From a virus (lineage: Duplodnaviria; Caudoviricetes): DNA of 59,239 nt. How positions within the stretch are numbered: position 1 is the first letter of the stretch; every line of letters begins with the position of its first letter. The stretch lies in IMG/VR virus record IMGVR_UViG_3300034064_000298, positions 1-59,239 of that record; one strand, given 5' to 3'. Both the position numbers and the translations under genes were made by a program. Below the pieces are notes generated by a model. The model was not told the origin of the DNA. It worked only from the letters and a program-made list of their open reading frames with translations, and ran no database searches. This document shows, in pieces, positions 1 through 10,295 of the stretch.

Positions 1-3000
1 ATTAACTTAGTAGCTTCTGATACGGTATATACTGGTAATGTCTCTGCTTCTGGTAATATTACTTCTAATATTATCACTGCGTCGAGTGCCAATATTACTA
101 CAGGCGAAGTTGGTAACTTAACAGTTAGTGGCACAACTAGTTTGGCTGGTAATATTATTAGTGACGTGGTTGTAAATGCCAACGTTACTGCGAATTACTT
201 TATAGGCGATGGTAGTCAGTTATCGAATATCTCAGCTAGTGGACTAGTGGGCGGATATACTAACGCTAATGTCGCGGCATACTTACCGGTATATACTGGC
301 AATATTACTGCAAATATTATTAGCACAACGGGCAATATTACCGGCGCGAATCTCAATACTGATGGTTCAATATTTGCTAATATATTATCAGGTAATACCA
401 TAAGCTCGTCTGGTAATATAGTATCAAACGGCACTTTTATTGGTACTAGCTTGCTTGTAAATGGTAATGCGAGCATTACTGGCAACGTTGAAATAACTGG
501 TAACTTAAACTATAATAGCGCACAAGATCTAATAGTAAGCGACCCGCTTATATTCATCGGCGCAAATAATACTGCGGATTTGCTTGACTTAGGCACGATT
601 GTAGAGTATGATACAGGTACGCAGCAATACGGCGGGTTTGTCCGAGATCACACTGATGGCACATGGCGCCTTTTCAGCGACTTGGTGACGATGCCGACTA
701 CGACTGTTGACTTTGCGAACGCCTCATACGCGCCTATCCAAGCCAGCGCGTTCATAGGCAACGGAGCCCAACTCACTGGCTTTGCGAACGTGGCTTTCAG
801 CGGGGAATATAATGACTTAGCGAATATACCAGTAATACCAACGACGACCAGTAACCTTATCAACGACTCGGGATATATTACTATCGGGAATGTTGCCAAC
901 TATTTGCCCACGTATGGCGGCAATATAAGCGGCACTATTACCACGAATAATCAACCATATATCAACCAGTTGGGCGTATTGTCGACTCTGAACGTAAGTG
1001 GGCTAACCACCACACACGCACTGTCGGTAACGGACCAGGCTACGGTGGGCAACTTAGTCGTCACTGGCAACGTGACACTGCCGGGCAACATCAACCAGAT
1101 ATCGGGCAACCAAGGTCAGTTCTTCGGTGACATATATGGCTTCGGCGCACTTTACGCTGGTGTGCCCTCTGGCTACGCAAACTTACCGGCTACTGTATTC
1201 CAAGTAACTGCTGACTACCCAGACTACGCCCAGATCAACTTCCAGAATATCAACCCTGGCAACGGCGCGAGTGCTGATTACGTGGTCACTGCCGACAACG
1301 GCACAAACAGCACCTACTTCGCTGACTTTGGTATAGCGTCTAGCGCGTTCGATGGGCTATCTCCAAACGCACTAGGCAACGTGGTCAAGGCAAACGACGC
1401 GTATCTCTACACGCTGGCTGACGGCAGCGCGAACGCTGGTGGCAACTTGATATTGGCTGCGGCTACCCCGACACGTTCAGTGATCGTAGCGGCAGGCGGC
1501 GGCACTTCGTCTGACGTAGTTGCTACCTTTAGCCCTGGTAACCTAAGTGTTACTGGTAATATAACCGGCTCATACTTATTCGGCAACGCTGCCTTCTTAA
1601 CTGGTTTACCAACACAATATAGTAATGCAAACGTAGCGGCATACTTACCGATATACACGGGCAATATTACGGCGAATACTATTAGTGCATCTGGCAACGT
1701 AACTGGCGCTAACTTAACAACAGCTGGTTTGGTTACTGCATCTGGTAATGTAACTGGCGGCAATATCAATACTGCTGGTTTAATATCAGCTAGTTTGGCT
1801 ACCGTATCTGGTAACGTTATAGGCGGTAACATAGTAACTGGTGGTTATGCTACTATTACTGGCAACGTTATTGCAGCGAATATTACTACAGGTGGTTTGA
1901 TATCTGCTGCGGGTAATATATTGACACTTAGTAACGCTTTGGTTAGTGGTTATGCTACTATTACTGGCAACGTTATTGGCGGTAATATTACTACAGCTGG
2001 TGAAGTAACTGCAACTGGTAATGTAACTGGTTCAAATATCAATACTGCTGGTTTAGCCACTATTACTGGTAATGTCATTGGTGGCAATATCAATACTGCT
2101 AATATAGTAACCGCCGGTGGTAATATTATTGGCGCTAACTTTGTAACTGCTGGCTTAGTAACTGCAGCTGGTAATGTAACTGGTGCAAATATCAATACTG
2201 CTGGACTAATAACTGCAACTGGCGGCATTACTGGCGGTTCATTCTCAACAGCTGGTTTTATTACTGCAACTGGCAATATTACCACTGCAGCGAACGTAAC
2301 TGCGTTGGGAGAGGCTAATATAACTGGCAACGTTATTGGCGGGAATATCACTACGGCTGGCTTAATAACTGCAACTGGTAATATCACCGGCGCTAACTTA
2401 GTAACAGCTGGAATAGCCACCATTACTGGTAATATACTGACAGCTAGTAACGTATTGGTTAGTGGTTATTCATCAACAACTGGTAATGTAACAGGCGCAA
2501 ATATCAATACTGCTGGCTTAATAACTGCAACTGGTAATATCACCGGCGGCAATATTATTACAGCGGGTGTATTATCCGTTGGTGGTAATATTATTGCCCC
2601 ATATCATATTGGTAATCTGGCAAATGGTACTTCTAGTATCAATATCGCTTCAGCGAATGCCAATATTCAGTTCATTGTTGCTAATACCAACGTAGGTACA
2701 CTATCTACTAATGCAGTCGCATTTGGTAATGGTGCAGGTGCAATACTACAAGGTAATACTAGTATTGCAATTGGTAATGCAGCAGGAAGCAATACTCAAG
2801 CTGCTAGTGCGATCGCTATTGGTAATAATGCAGGTGTTACTACACAGGGTGCTAATGCAATAGCTATTGGTAGATTAGCAGGCAATAATACCCAAGGCAC
2901 AAATGCTATTTCTATTGGACATAATTCTGGTAATGCGTTCCAGGGTGCAGGCGCTATAAGTATCGGTTCAGGCACAGGCTCGAATATTCAAGGCATAAAT

Positions 3001-5448
3001 TCTATTGCTATTGGTAATACCGCGGGTAATTATGTCCAACAAGGCAATAGTATTGCGATTGGGTATAATGCAGGTAATATCAACCAAGCCCAACTTAGTA
3101 TTGCTATGGGCTGGAATGCAGCAGGGTCTACTGTAACTGCAAATGGTAATGTGGTAGAGTTTAATGGTACTACGATGTCGATTCGAGGTACTTATGATAG
3201 AAACTTCATCGACACTATGTTACTATCGGGTAATGGCCTGGCAAATGCAACATACGTTACCGGCGTTTCTACTGGTGTATTCTCTAATGTGAAAATTGTT
3301 GGGAATGTACTTACATTAGCAGGGACGTTGACCAACTTCTACGCTCCGGTTGGTACGGTATTCTCTGGTAATACTATCACATTAGGAACGGTTGTAAGAG
3401 ACGTCAAGATAGCTACCATGCCTAACGCTTCCCTTAACGGCACTACACTGTCTGCTGGCACCGGAACCTCAGGTGAGCCTATTAGCGTTGGTATGTACCT
3501 AAACGCTTCAGGGTTAAGCCAAGGAGTTTACATTGTAAACAACATCAGTGGCAGCGGCGATAACTCTACATGGCAAGTTAGCCTATCTGGCGTCCTTTCG
3601 GCTAGAGCCTTTACCGGTAGATACTGGATAGTTGAACCTTCGCAGACCGTGAACGGGGTTAGTGCAAACATCATAAATTACGCGGTTAACCCAGCACATA
3701 CTGCAAATATAGCCAACGTTACAGGCTACACCGGCCAGGGAGTTCGCAGTATCGCTATCGGAGTCAGCGCCGGCGCAACATCGCAGCAATATAATTCAGT
3801 GGCTATCGGCTGGGCAGCTGGTCAAACAAACCAAAATTACAGCGCGGTTGCCATTGGACAAGGAGCTGGATCAACTTCTCAAGGAACTAACACGGTTGCA
3901 ATTGGCATAGGGGCCGGTGGAACTAATCAAGCAGGATCTGCGGTTGCAATTGGCCCTCAGGCTGGTGCGAACGCGCAAGGAGTTAACTCGGTTGCGATTG
4001 GTATCAACGCAGGAATCACAGGACAAGGACAGAACTCGGTAGCAGCAGGCACTAACGCAGGTTACACTAATCAAGGTATCCAATCGGTTGCTCTGGGACT
4101 AGGAGCTGGACAAACAACGCAAGGAGCGAGTTCGACTGCAGTTGGTGTATATGCCGGACAAACTGCACAAGGAGCGCAATCGGTTGCAATTGGAACCAGT
4201 GCAGGCACAGGTTCCCAAGGTGCCAGCTCAGTAGCTGTTGGCACAAATGCAGGAGCATCAGCTCAAGGAACATCTTCCGTTGCGATTGGACCCTTTGCAG
4301 CATATGTCACACAAGGTATATTCTCCACCGCGTTGGGTTCATATGCCGCATATGCAAACCAAGGTGCTCAAGCACACGCGATCGGATACACTTCAGGATA
4401 TCAAAATCAAGGATCTTCGTCAATAAGTATTGGCCATCAGGCCGCAACTTACTACCAGCTACCAAACTCGATAGCAATTGGGTTCCAAGCCGGTCAGAAC
4501 TATCAAGGAGCTCAGTCGATAGCCATCGGCACAGGTGCTGGTAAAGTGCCACAAGGCAATAATAGCATCGCAATAGGAACAGGAACTTGTTTTGCTGCGC
4601 TGAGTGCTTACGGCAACGTGTCTAACATTTCAGGCAACTTGTTGTCTATGGGAGGCAACCTATTCGCTGGTAACATCACGGTAGGCATGACAGTAACTGG
4701 TGCAGGTATAGTTGGCGGAACAAGAATCACTGCTCTTGGCACAGGTACAGGTAATGCTGGTACATACTTCGTGAACATATCGCAGAATGTTGCCAATACC
4801 ACTATTACCACTTACACAACTCAGGGTTCCAATACTGTATCGCTTGGATATCAAGCAGGGTATCAAGATCAAGGCAACAACGCTGTTGCTATCGGCTACC
4901 GAGCAGGTTATGCCAACCAATCAGCTAACTCAATAATCATTAACGCTGCCACAAACGCGCTGGATAGTACCTCTCCAGGACTATACGTCAATCCAGTACG
5001 CAGTGATTCTAGCAATACGACCAACTTTGTGTTCTATAATACTTCCTCAAAAGAGGTAAGCTATTCGAATGTTATAACTAATATCGCTGCCAATAGTATA
5101 ACAGGTACTGCTGCCAATAACGCGGTTACTATCGTAAGCTACAAATATGTTGTAACTACATCCTCGTATTCTGCGATATACACACCTGATCTAAGTGTTG
5201 GAACGGTGTTCAAGCTGACGTTGACGAATAATATTACCTTCAATAACTTTGGAGGCACTCCGCAAGCAGGTCAGTATGCGACATTTATATTCACTCAAGA
5301 TGCGACTGGTAATCGCACACTGACTTCGACGATGAAATTTGCAGGGGGTGTTAAGACACTGAGTACAGCAGGAGGAGCAGTAGATATTATGTATGTGTTC
5401 TTTGATGGAACAACATACTACGCAACATTAATGAAAGGATTCTCGTAA
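1..5448 (+). CDS. Giant tail fibre / adhesin-like virion protein, 5'-truncated at window edge
   Basis: Frame is open from base 1 (INLVASDTVYTGNVS...). It has many GN(I/V)(T/I)(G/A)(G/A)N repeats, then 15-aa S(V/I)AIG..AG...QG repeats resembling trimeric adhesin heads, and a C-terminal QDATGNRTL..GAVDI domain. Confidence 0.8.
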   Translation: MNLVASDTVYTGNVSASGNITSNIITASSANITTGEVGNLTVSGTTSLAGNIISDVVVNANVTANYFIGDGSQLSNISASGLVGGYTNANVAAYLPVYTGNITANIISTTGNITGANLNTDGSIFANILSGNTISSSGNIVSNGTFIGTSLLVNGNASITGNVEITGNLNYNSAQDLIVSDPLIFIGANNTADLLDLGTIVEYDTGTQQYGGFVRDHTDGTWRLFSDLVTMPTTTVDFANASYAPIQASAFIGNGAQLTGFANVAFSGEYNDLANIPVIPTTTSNLINDSGYITIGNVANYLPTYGGNISGTITTNNQPYINQLGVLSTLNVSGLTTTHALSVTDQATVGNLVVTGNVTLPGNINQISGNQGQFFGDIYGFGALYAGVPSGYANLPATVFQVTADYPDYAQINFQNINPGNGASADYVVTADNGTNSTYFADFGIASSAFDGLSPNALGNVVKANDAYLYTLADGSANAGGNLILAAATPTRSVIVAAGGGTSSDVVATFSPGNLSVTGNITGSYLFGNAAFLTGLPTQYSNANVAAYLPIYTGNITANTISASGNVTGANLTTAGLVTASGNVTGGNINTAGLISASLATVSGNVIGGNIVTGGYATITGNVIAANITTGGLISAAGNILTLSNALVSGYATITGNVIGGNITTAGEVTATGNVTGSNINTAGLATITGNVIGGNINTANIVTAGGNIIGANFVTAGLVTAAGNVTGANINTAGLITATGGITGGSFSTAGFITATGNITTAANVTALGEANITGNVIGGNITTAGLITATGNITGANLVTAGIATITGNILTASNVLVSGYSSTTGNVTGANINTAGLITATGNITGGNIITAGVLSVGGNIIAPYHIGNLANGTSSINIASANANIQFIVANTNVGTLSTNAVAFGNGAGAILQGNTSIAIGNAAGSNTQAASAIAIGNNAGVTTQGANAIAIGRLAGNNTQGTNAISIGHNSGNAFQGAGAISIGSGTGSNIQGINSIAIGNTAGNYVQQGNSIAIGYNAGNINQAQLSIAMGWNAAGSTVTANGNVVEFNGTTMSIRGTYDRNFIDTMLLSGNGLANATYVTGVSTGVFSNVKIVGNVLTLAGTLTNFYAPVGTVFSGNTITLGTVVRDVKIATMPNASLNGTTLSAGTGTSGEPISVGMYLNASGLSQGVYIVNNISGSGDNSTWQVSLSGVLSARAFTGRYWIVEPSQTVNGVSANIINYAVNPAHTANIANVTGYTGQGVRSIAIGVSAGATSQQYNSVAIGWAAGQTNQNYSAVAIGQGAGSTSQGTNTVAIGIGAGGTNQAGSAVAIGPQAGANAQGVNSVAIGINAGITGQGQNSVAAGTNAGYTNQGIQSVALGLGAGQTTQGASSTAVGVYAGQTAQGAQSVAIGTSAGTGSQGASSVAVGTNAGASAQGTSSVAIGPFAAYVTQGIFSTALGSYAAYANQGAQAHAIGYTSGYQNQGSSSISIGHQAATYYQLPNSIAIGFQAGQNYQGAQSIAIGTGAGKVPQGNNSIAIGTGTCFAALSAYGNVSNISGNLLSMGGNLFAGNITVGMTVTGAGIVGGTRITALGTGTGNAGTYFVNISQNVANTTITTYTTQGSNTVSLGYQAGYQDQGNNAVAIGYRAGYANQSANSIIINAATNALDSTSPGLYVNPVRSDSSNTTNFVFYNTSSKEVSYSNVITNIAANSITGTAANNAVTIVSYKYVVTTSSYSAIYTPDLSVGTVFKLTLTNNITFNNFGGTPQAGQYATFIFTQDATGNRTLTSTMKFAGGVKTLSTAGGAVDIMYVFFDGTTYYATLMKGFS

Positions 5449-5459
5449 TAGTCATTATA

Positions 5460-5490
5460 TCGGGTTAAGGTATTTAATATCTTAACCCGA
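5460..5490. terminator. Hairpin after tail-fibre stop (probable terminator)
   Basis: tcgggttaag...cttaacccga perfect 10-bp inverted repeat between convergent genes. Confidence 0.6.
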
Positions 5491-5569
5491 ATCAATGTTT
5501 CGATCTAAGTGAAAGACGAGAAGTTATTAACTGCTATAACAATACATAGTGGCAACTATGCGACTCCAG

Positions 5570-5597
5570 AACTGAAGACTACTCTGAGTCTTCAGTT
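5570..5597. terminator. Second hairpin in convergent intergenic region
   Basis: aactgaagact-actctg-agtcttcagtt followed by ttc. Confidence 0.55.
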
Positions 5598-5637
5598 TTC
5601 TGGTTATCCAGTAAAATCTTCATGATTTCCAGTCGCG

Positions 5638-5874
5638 TCAGTCGCTCACCCTTTCGACAATCCAGCCCATTTCCTCACAGAACGCCACCGCTTCTTCTTT
5701 AGAATCAAACGAATCAAACCAAAACCCGTTCGAATCGATATCAGCCCCGTCAATTACTGCCCACTGAGGTTCACCTAGATCGTGGTTATAGTCGATGAAT
5801 ACAGTGAAAGCGGTACGTCCTACTCTCTTTAAGGCTTCTTTGTACGTAGAGCTAGATATAACATCGTTTGCCAT
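5638..5874 (-). CDS. Hypothetical protein
   Basis: 78-aa ORF with GGAG RBS upstream. Confidence 0.6.
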   Translation of the reverse strand: MANDVISSSTYKEALKRVGRTAFTVFIDYNHDLGEPQWAVIDGADIDSNGFWFDSFDSKEEAVAFCEEMGWIVERVSD

Positions 5875-5891
5875 ACAGTTACTCCGGTAGC

Positions 5892-6206
5892 TTATAGGTA
5901 GTTCATGATTTCTGAGTTATAGCGCTGAGTTGTCTCAGCATCGAAACTCCAGTTTCTCCAGCTGAACTCTGCCAATGTCAGTCTTTTGACTCTTTTCGTT
6001 TCGTATTTTGGTCGAATGGTGACGCGTTTCTCAGTTATCTGAACGATCTCGCCAGTGTATGCTAGGTTGAAAGAATCGTAGATCGCTGTGTCGCCAATCT
6101 CAAACATCGTAGGAGTAGAACCATTTCGGCTTACGCTGATCCACTTTTTAGGCTCAAATTCAACCGTGTATGTCTCGCGACCGTCGCAGATAGTGATATT
6201 GGGCAT
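5892..6206 (-). CDS. Hypothetical early protein
   Basis: 104-aa ORF directly behind a copy of the promoter/RBS repeat. Confidence 0.7.
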   Translation of the reverse strand: MPNITICDGRETYTVEFEPKKWISVSRNGSTPTMFEIGDTAIYDSFNLAYTGEIVQITEKRVTIRPKYETKRVKRLTLAEFSWRNWSFDAETTQRYNSEIMNYL

Positions 6207-6270
6207 TTTCTTTCTCCAGTTGTTTGTCTCTATGGGTGTAGTATAGCAGGTGGCGAAGAGGTGTCAAACT
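6207..6270 (-). repeat. Remote copy of the promoter-leader-RBS cassette repeat
   Basis: tttctttctccagttgtttgtctctatgggtgtagtatagcag matches the copy at 55360; TTGACA(6267-6262)-16 nt-TATACT(6245-6240). Confidence 0.9.
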
Positions 6271-6471
6271 TTATTTTGAAGAATTTACATCCCAAATGTT
6301 TGGGACTTCCTTGAACTTGCGACCGGAGCGATCAATATTCATTCCTTTTGGTAGTAACCGTAGTTCATTGTTTGCCACGTAGGCATATATTTTAGTTTTG
6401 GAGTCCTCGAAAATATAGATGTGGTTTGGAGTGCTACCAGGCCATTGTGTTATTTCTTGGAGTGCGATCAT
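6271..6471 (-). CDS. Hypothetical protein
   Basis: 66-aa ORF, ATGA overlap with upstream ORF. Confidence 0.6.
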   Translation of the reverse strand: MIALQEITQWPGSTPNHIYIFEDSKTKIYAYVANNELRLLPKGMNIDRSGRKFKEVPNIWDVNSSK

Positions 6472-6602
6472 GCGAAAATCCTCTGGTCCGAAGACCTAGA
6501 CTGATGTTTAGGTCTTCGTTGGTATGTGTTTTTCCTATCACGTTGAACAGTTGCTTTGTTGAACTGTCTAGCGTATTTTGCTACCAGGTTTTTTACTTTC
6601 AT
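6468..6602 (-). CDS. Small basic protein (not in ORF track), 44 aa
   Basis: MKVKNLVAKYARQFNKATVQRDRKNTYQRRPKHQSRSSDQRIFA; GGAGA RBS and its own sigma70 promoter. Confidence 0.65.
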   Translation of the reverse strand: MKVKNLVAKYARQFNKATVQRDRKNTYQRRPKHQSRSSDQRIFA

Positions 6603-6631
6603 CGCTTTTCTCCATTGATTAATTTCTGTCT

Positions 6632-6660
6632 AGTATACAGACAAGATCATGGATTGTCAA
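6632..6660 (-). promoter_or_regulatory. Sigma70-type early promoter
   Basis: TTGACA-17 nt-TATACT. Confidence 0.75.
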
Positions 6661-6668
6661 CCTATAAG

Positions 6669-7262
6669 TCAAAAACTGTTGCGATCAGTGATGACTTTGT
6701 CTGCCAGTCCATATTCAACGGTTTCGGTAGCTGGCAATACCGTATCCCTATCCATGTCTCGTTCAAGAACGTCGTATTCTTTGCCGGTGTTGCCGACGTA
6801 AATCTCAGTCAGTCTCTTTTTCAGTCGGACTATTTCGTTGGCTCTGATAACGATGTCTGACGCTTGACCCTCTGCTCCACCCATTGGTTGATGAATGAGA
6901 TGGCTGGCATTGGGTAGTATGTACCGTTTGCCCTTCGCACCAGAACTTGCAATGACTGAGCCCATTGATGCAGCTTGGCCATATACCACGGTCACGACGT
7001 CGCATTTTATGAAATTCATAGTGTCTACTATACCCAACCCTGCGGTTACATGCCCACCTGGACTGTTGACGTATAGGATGATATCGCTATCAGGATCTTC
7101 GGCCTCAAGGAATAGCAGCTGCGACACGATCAAGCTGGCACTCTGGCTATTGACGTCTGTGTCTAACATCACGATGCGATCCTTCAGAAGCCTACTATAA
7201 ATATCGTATGATCGTTCACCCTTGCTAGTCTGCTCGACGACCATTGGCACTAAACTTGGCAT
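6669..7262 (-). CDS. clpP: ATP-dependent Clp protease proteolytic subunit
   Basis: [30 protein letters not shown] (Ser), IHQP (His), DRD (Asp). Confidence 0.95.
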   Translation of the reverse strand: MPSLVPMVVEQTSKGERSYDIYSRLLKDRIVMLDTDVNSQSASLIVSQLLFLEAEDPDSDIILYVNSPGGHVTAGLGIVDTMNFIKCDVVTVVYGQAASMGSVIASSGAKGKRYILPNASHLIHQPMGGAEGQASDIVIRANEIVRLKKRLTEIYVGNTGKEYDVLERDMDRDTVLPATETVEYGLADKVITDRNSF

Positions 7263-7300
7263 AAAATTCTCCTTAAATAGATTGTGGGAAAGCCCCTGTC

Positions 7301-7329
7301 ATTATACAACGACAAGGGCGCAAAGTCAA
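7301..7329 (-). promoter_or_regulatory. Sigma70-type promoter of clpP
   Basis: TTGACT-17 nt-TATAAT. Confidence 0.75.
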
Positions 7330-8915
7330 GAGTATTTTACAAGATATTGAAGACGGCGGAGCGAGGACTCATTGAGTGCATCTTCGTCCGGTTCAGGCAG
7401 TGACTCAGTTTCGTCACTCGGCTTTTCTCCTGCTACCTTTTTATTGAGTGGCGCAGGTTCAGCTTTTGGAATATCCAACTTTTTAGGAACGTCGGGAGAT
7501 TTTTCTTTTGCTACGGTAGATTCTTTTTGGTGATATGCAAATGCTCCAACGTCCTCAAGTTCTTGTTTCATTTTCTTCATGCTGCTTACCATACCCTTCA
7601 TGAGAGTTCGATCGTAGGCATCTGCGTTTTGCAATTCTTTCGTTTTGTCTTTTATACCAGAGGACATAGTGGTGAAGACTTTTTCAAACTTTTTATCCAG
7701 TTTAGGTGGAAGATTCATTCGGATAGATTTGTATGCTTGGAATAGAGACGAATATTCGTCTTTGAGTTCCGCTAGTATCTTCAGCGAGTCTTGTCGCTTT
7801 TGCGATCTGATTTCCATTTCTTCGCCTGTTCTAGCACCTTTTAGTCCGAGTGCAATGTAACCATCAGGATAAGCAAATGTTCCTCTACCTCTACTCAGTA
7901 CCGGCTGCATTGCAGCATTGTCTGGAATAGTATCACCGTCGACGAAGTTGCAGTACTCGAGGGTATGAACGTTCTTAGTGTTGATTATAAGAACGCTATC
8001 CCATCCACTGTTTGCCTTATTCATGTTGACTACGGAACTTGACCATACCTTATCGGCGTCGCTTGAACCCAACGACTTGAGAACCTTTCTAGCCATTTCG
8101 GACGAGTCTTTGACCTTGTAAATCTTGGAAATGTAGTCGTTCATCAATCTGACTGCAGCGTCTTCGCCCTTGCTTTTTTCTAGCTTTTTCCAAAACTCTG
8201 GAAACCATCCTTTGGTTAGTCGAGGCGATTTATCCGTGTCTTCCAGCTGCCATCCATTCTTGTTAGCTATCTCTTTCAGACCATCGTTTAGCGTGTCAGC
8301 CACGCGACTCTCCGCGCCCTGGCCCGCCTTTTCATCACTAGCTGAACTCTTCAGTCCACTACCTGTGCTTTTTATCTCCAGGTACCAGCCATCCAAACTG
8401 ACATCAGCACCTTCCGCACTCGGAACCTTAGAAGCATTCAAGCCATAGATCAGAAAGAACAGCTCACCTGCCCCCTGTCCACTAGCTGTAGCCGCAGAAT
8501 ATTGCATGATATCGGGAAGGGTTTCTTGAAACACCTCATTGCTTCGCATCTTGGATGGAACCAACTCTAGGATACTTCCCTTGCCGGATTTCTCGAAGTG
8601 CGAAGGTCCTATCTTCATGCTGGGATCGTTCAGCAGCACAAAGTATTCCTTTAGACTTTTATATCCAAAATGCTTGGAGTTGATAGTCCTATTGAAGAAG
8701 TCCCAACTCTTAGAGTCAAGATTGCTCAACGCCTGTTTTTTGATCAAGCTGATATTATCATCGACTTCGGACCTACGAAGATGCGTCTCGATGCTACTCA
8801 GAGTTTTTGCATCCTCGATATCGTCCAACTTGCTTATTAGCTCGATGAGTTCAGACTTAGATATTTCAAATAAATTGTACAACTTATGATCTCCATTCAT
8901 TCTGGTATTTATCAA
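7326..8915 (-). CDS. Putative PD-(D/E)xK nuclease-fold protein, probably late/virion-associated (start uncertain, possibly 8900)
   Basis: GQGAGELFF...ADVSLDGWYLEIKS motif; GATAAATA motif at 8906-8913; C-terminal LNESSLRRLQYL. Confidence 0.45.
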   Translation of the reverse strand: MINTRMNGDHKLYNLFEISKSELIELISKLDDIEDAKTLSSIETHLRRSEVDDNISLIKKQALSNLDSKSWDFFNRTINSKHFGYKSLKEYFVLLNDPSMKIGPSHFEKSGKGSILELVPSKMRSNEVFQETLPDIMQYSAATASGQGAGELFFLIYGLNASKVPSAEGADVSLDGWYLEIKSTGSGLKSSASDEKAGQGAESRVADTLNDGLKEIANKNGWQLEDTDKSPRLTKGWFPEFWKKLEKSKGEDAAVRLMNDYISKIYKVKDSSEMARKVLKSLGSSDADKVWSSSVVNMNKANSGWDSVLIINTKNVHTLEYCNFVDGDTIPDNAAMQPVLSRGRGTFAYPDGYIALGLKGARTGEEMEIRSQKRQDSLKILAELKDEYSSLFQAYKSIRMNLPPKLDKKFEKVFTTMSSGIKDKTKELQNADAYDRTLMKGMVSSMKKMKQELEDVGAFAYHQKESTVAKEKSPDVPKKLDIPKAEPAPLNKKVAGEKPSDETESLPEPDEDALNESSLRRLQYLVKYS

Positions 8916-9829
8916 AAAATCAGTAATCTGTCAGTGGGTGATTGTTCATGGACGAAATTTCTAACGAAATTTTCTTTTACATTGTTCAGGCTTTTGCCTC
9001 TGCCTGCTGTATATTTTACATCAAATAAATGAATCTCGAAACCTTTTAGATGCTCTTCGAAGAAACCATCGCCAATTTCTTTGTTACTCAGCGATACGCT
9101 TGCTCCAAGAGAGTCGGCGTATTTGAAAAATTCACACAATCTGATTTGCTCGACATCTCCAAACCCCTCAGAGGTATAGATAGTAGAGCTGTCACGATAA
9201 GGAGGATCAAAGTACACATAGGAATCGCTGGTGATATAGTCCTTAACTCCTTCAAAGTCACCATTTAGTATGGTACACTTATCGTTGAAGAACTGCGAGT
9301 GAGAGCGTATCAATGAGGTATTGATGAACGGTCTAGTTTCTGCTTGTACGCCAGGGGGTGTAGCATAACGACCTCTAGAGTACGAGTACACTTTCCACCA
9401 ACCATTGAAGCTGGTTTTCATCATGAAATACAAATGACTGCTAACTTCTGTAGGTGTCATATTTTCCCAGTCGTTGATATATCTCATCTTGAGACTGGTA
9501 TAAAAAGCATGTCGTTTGATCTTGCGCTCTGCCGTGTCCTTATCATTGATATTCAAATATTCTTCCTCGAACGACTGACAAAGACGAAGAAATTCATCCA
9601 CGTCGTCTCTTATGGTACTATATAACTGGATCAGCTCTGAGTTTTGATCGTTTATTACAAATTTGGCATCTGGATAGCGGTCGGTGACCCAATGAGATAT
9701 TGCGCCACCGCCGTAGAATGCGTCAATGAATGTTGTGAACTTTTTAGATGGCCAAAATAAATCGCCATACTTCTCCTTCATTTTTCTTTTGCCGCCCGTC
9801 CATTTGAATAAAGGCTCCAATTTTGCCAT
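8912..9829 (-). CDS. dam: DNA adenine methyltransferase, D12/Dam-like
   Basis: KWTGGK, FIDAFYGGGAI (motif I), INDQN, YFDPPY (motif IV). Confidence 0.85.
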   Translation of the reverse strand: MAKLEPLFKWTGGKRKMKEKYGDLFWPSKKFTTFIDAFYGGGAISHWVTDRYPDAKFVINDQNSELIQLYSTIRDDVDEFLRLCQSFEEEYLNINDKDTAERKIKRHAFYTSLKMRYINDWENMTPTEVSSHLYFMMKTSFNGWWKVYSYSRGRYATPPGVQAETRPFINTSLIRSHSQFFNDKCTILNGDFEGVKDYITSDSYVYFDPPYRDSSTIYTSEGFGDVEQIRLCEFFKYADSLGASVSLSNKEIGDGFFEEHLKGFEIHLFDVKYTAGRGKSLNNVKENFVRNFVHEQSPTDRLLIF

Positions 9830-9926
9830 GCTTTATGTCCTGATAGTGTCTTGGTTCAATCTAGTACCAACCACACGAATGTGATTAGCACCGAGATAGT
9901 CATTATTATTGCCATGTGCGTTCTCC

Positions 9927-10295
9927 TTAAGGGCAGACGTTTACGTTACGTGGATTGCCATATTGGTCGTATACAGTTTGCATCTGGCAGTTGTTGCCAC
10001 GCTGAAGATCGTAAGTCGTACCTTGCTGAGGCTGAACCTGGCCTTGGTTTACATAGATTACCTGAGGTTGCTGTTGCTGGACTTGGACGGGCTCAGGTCG
10101 ATTCATCGCATTCACCAAACCACCGATGATCGCTACGCCCGCTGAAGCCACACCGGCACCAAGTGCGCTTGAGTACCAGTTAGTGCTGCCATACTGTTGG
10201 TTCATCGTGTACTGCTGATTGTATTGTCCGTATTGCTGGGCAGAGGCGGAGACTGATGCAGCGGCCAGAAGTGCGAAGGCTATTACTTTTTTCAT
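9927..10295 (-). CDS. Secreted Q/Y-rich small protein
   Basis: Signal peptide MKKVIAFALLAAASVSASA; AGGAGA RBS; own promoter. Confidence 0.75.
   Translation of the reverse strand: MKKVIAFALLAAASVSASAQQYGQYNQQYTMNQQYGSTNWYSSALGAGVASAGVAIIGGLVNAMNRPEPVQVQQQQPQVIYVNQGQVQPQQGTTYDLQRGNNCQMQTVYDQYGNPRNVNVCP

Noticed and set aside
216-4920. Minus-strand ORFs within the tail-fibre gene
   Set aside because: Antisense shadows caused by repetitive codon usage.
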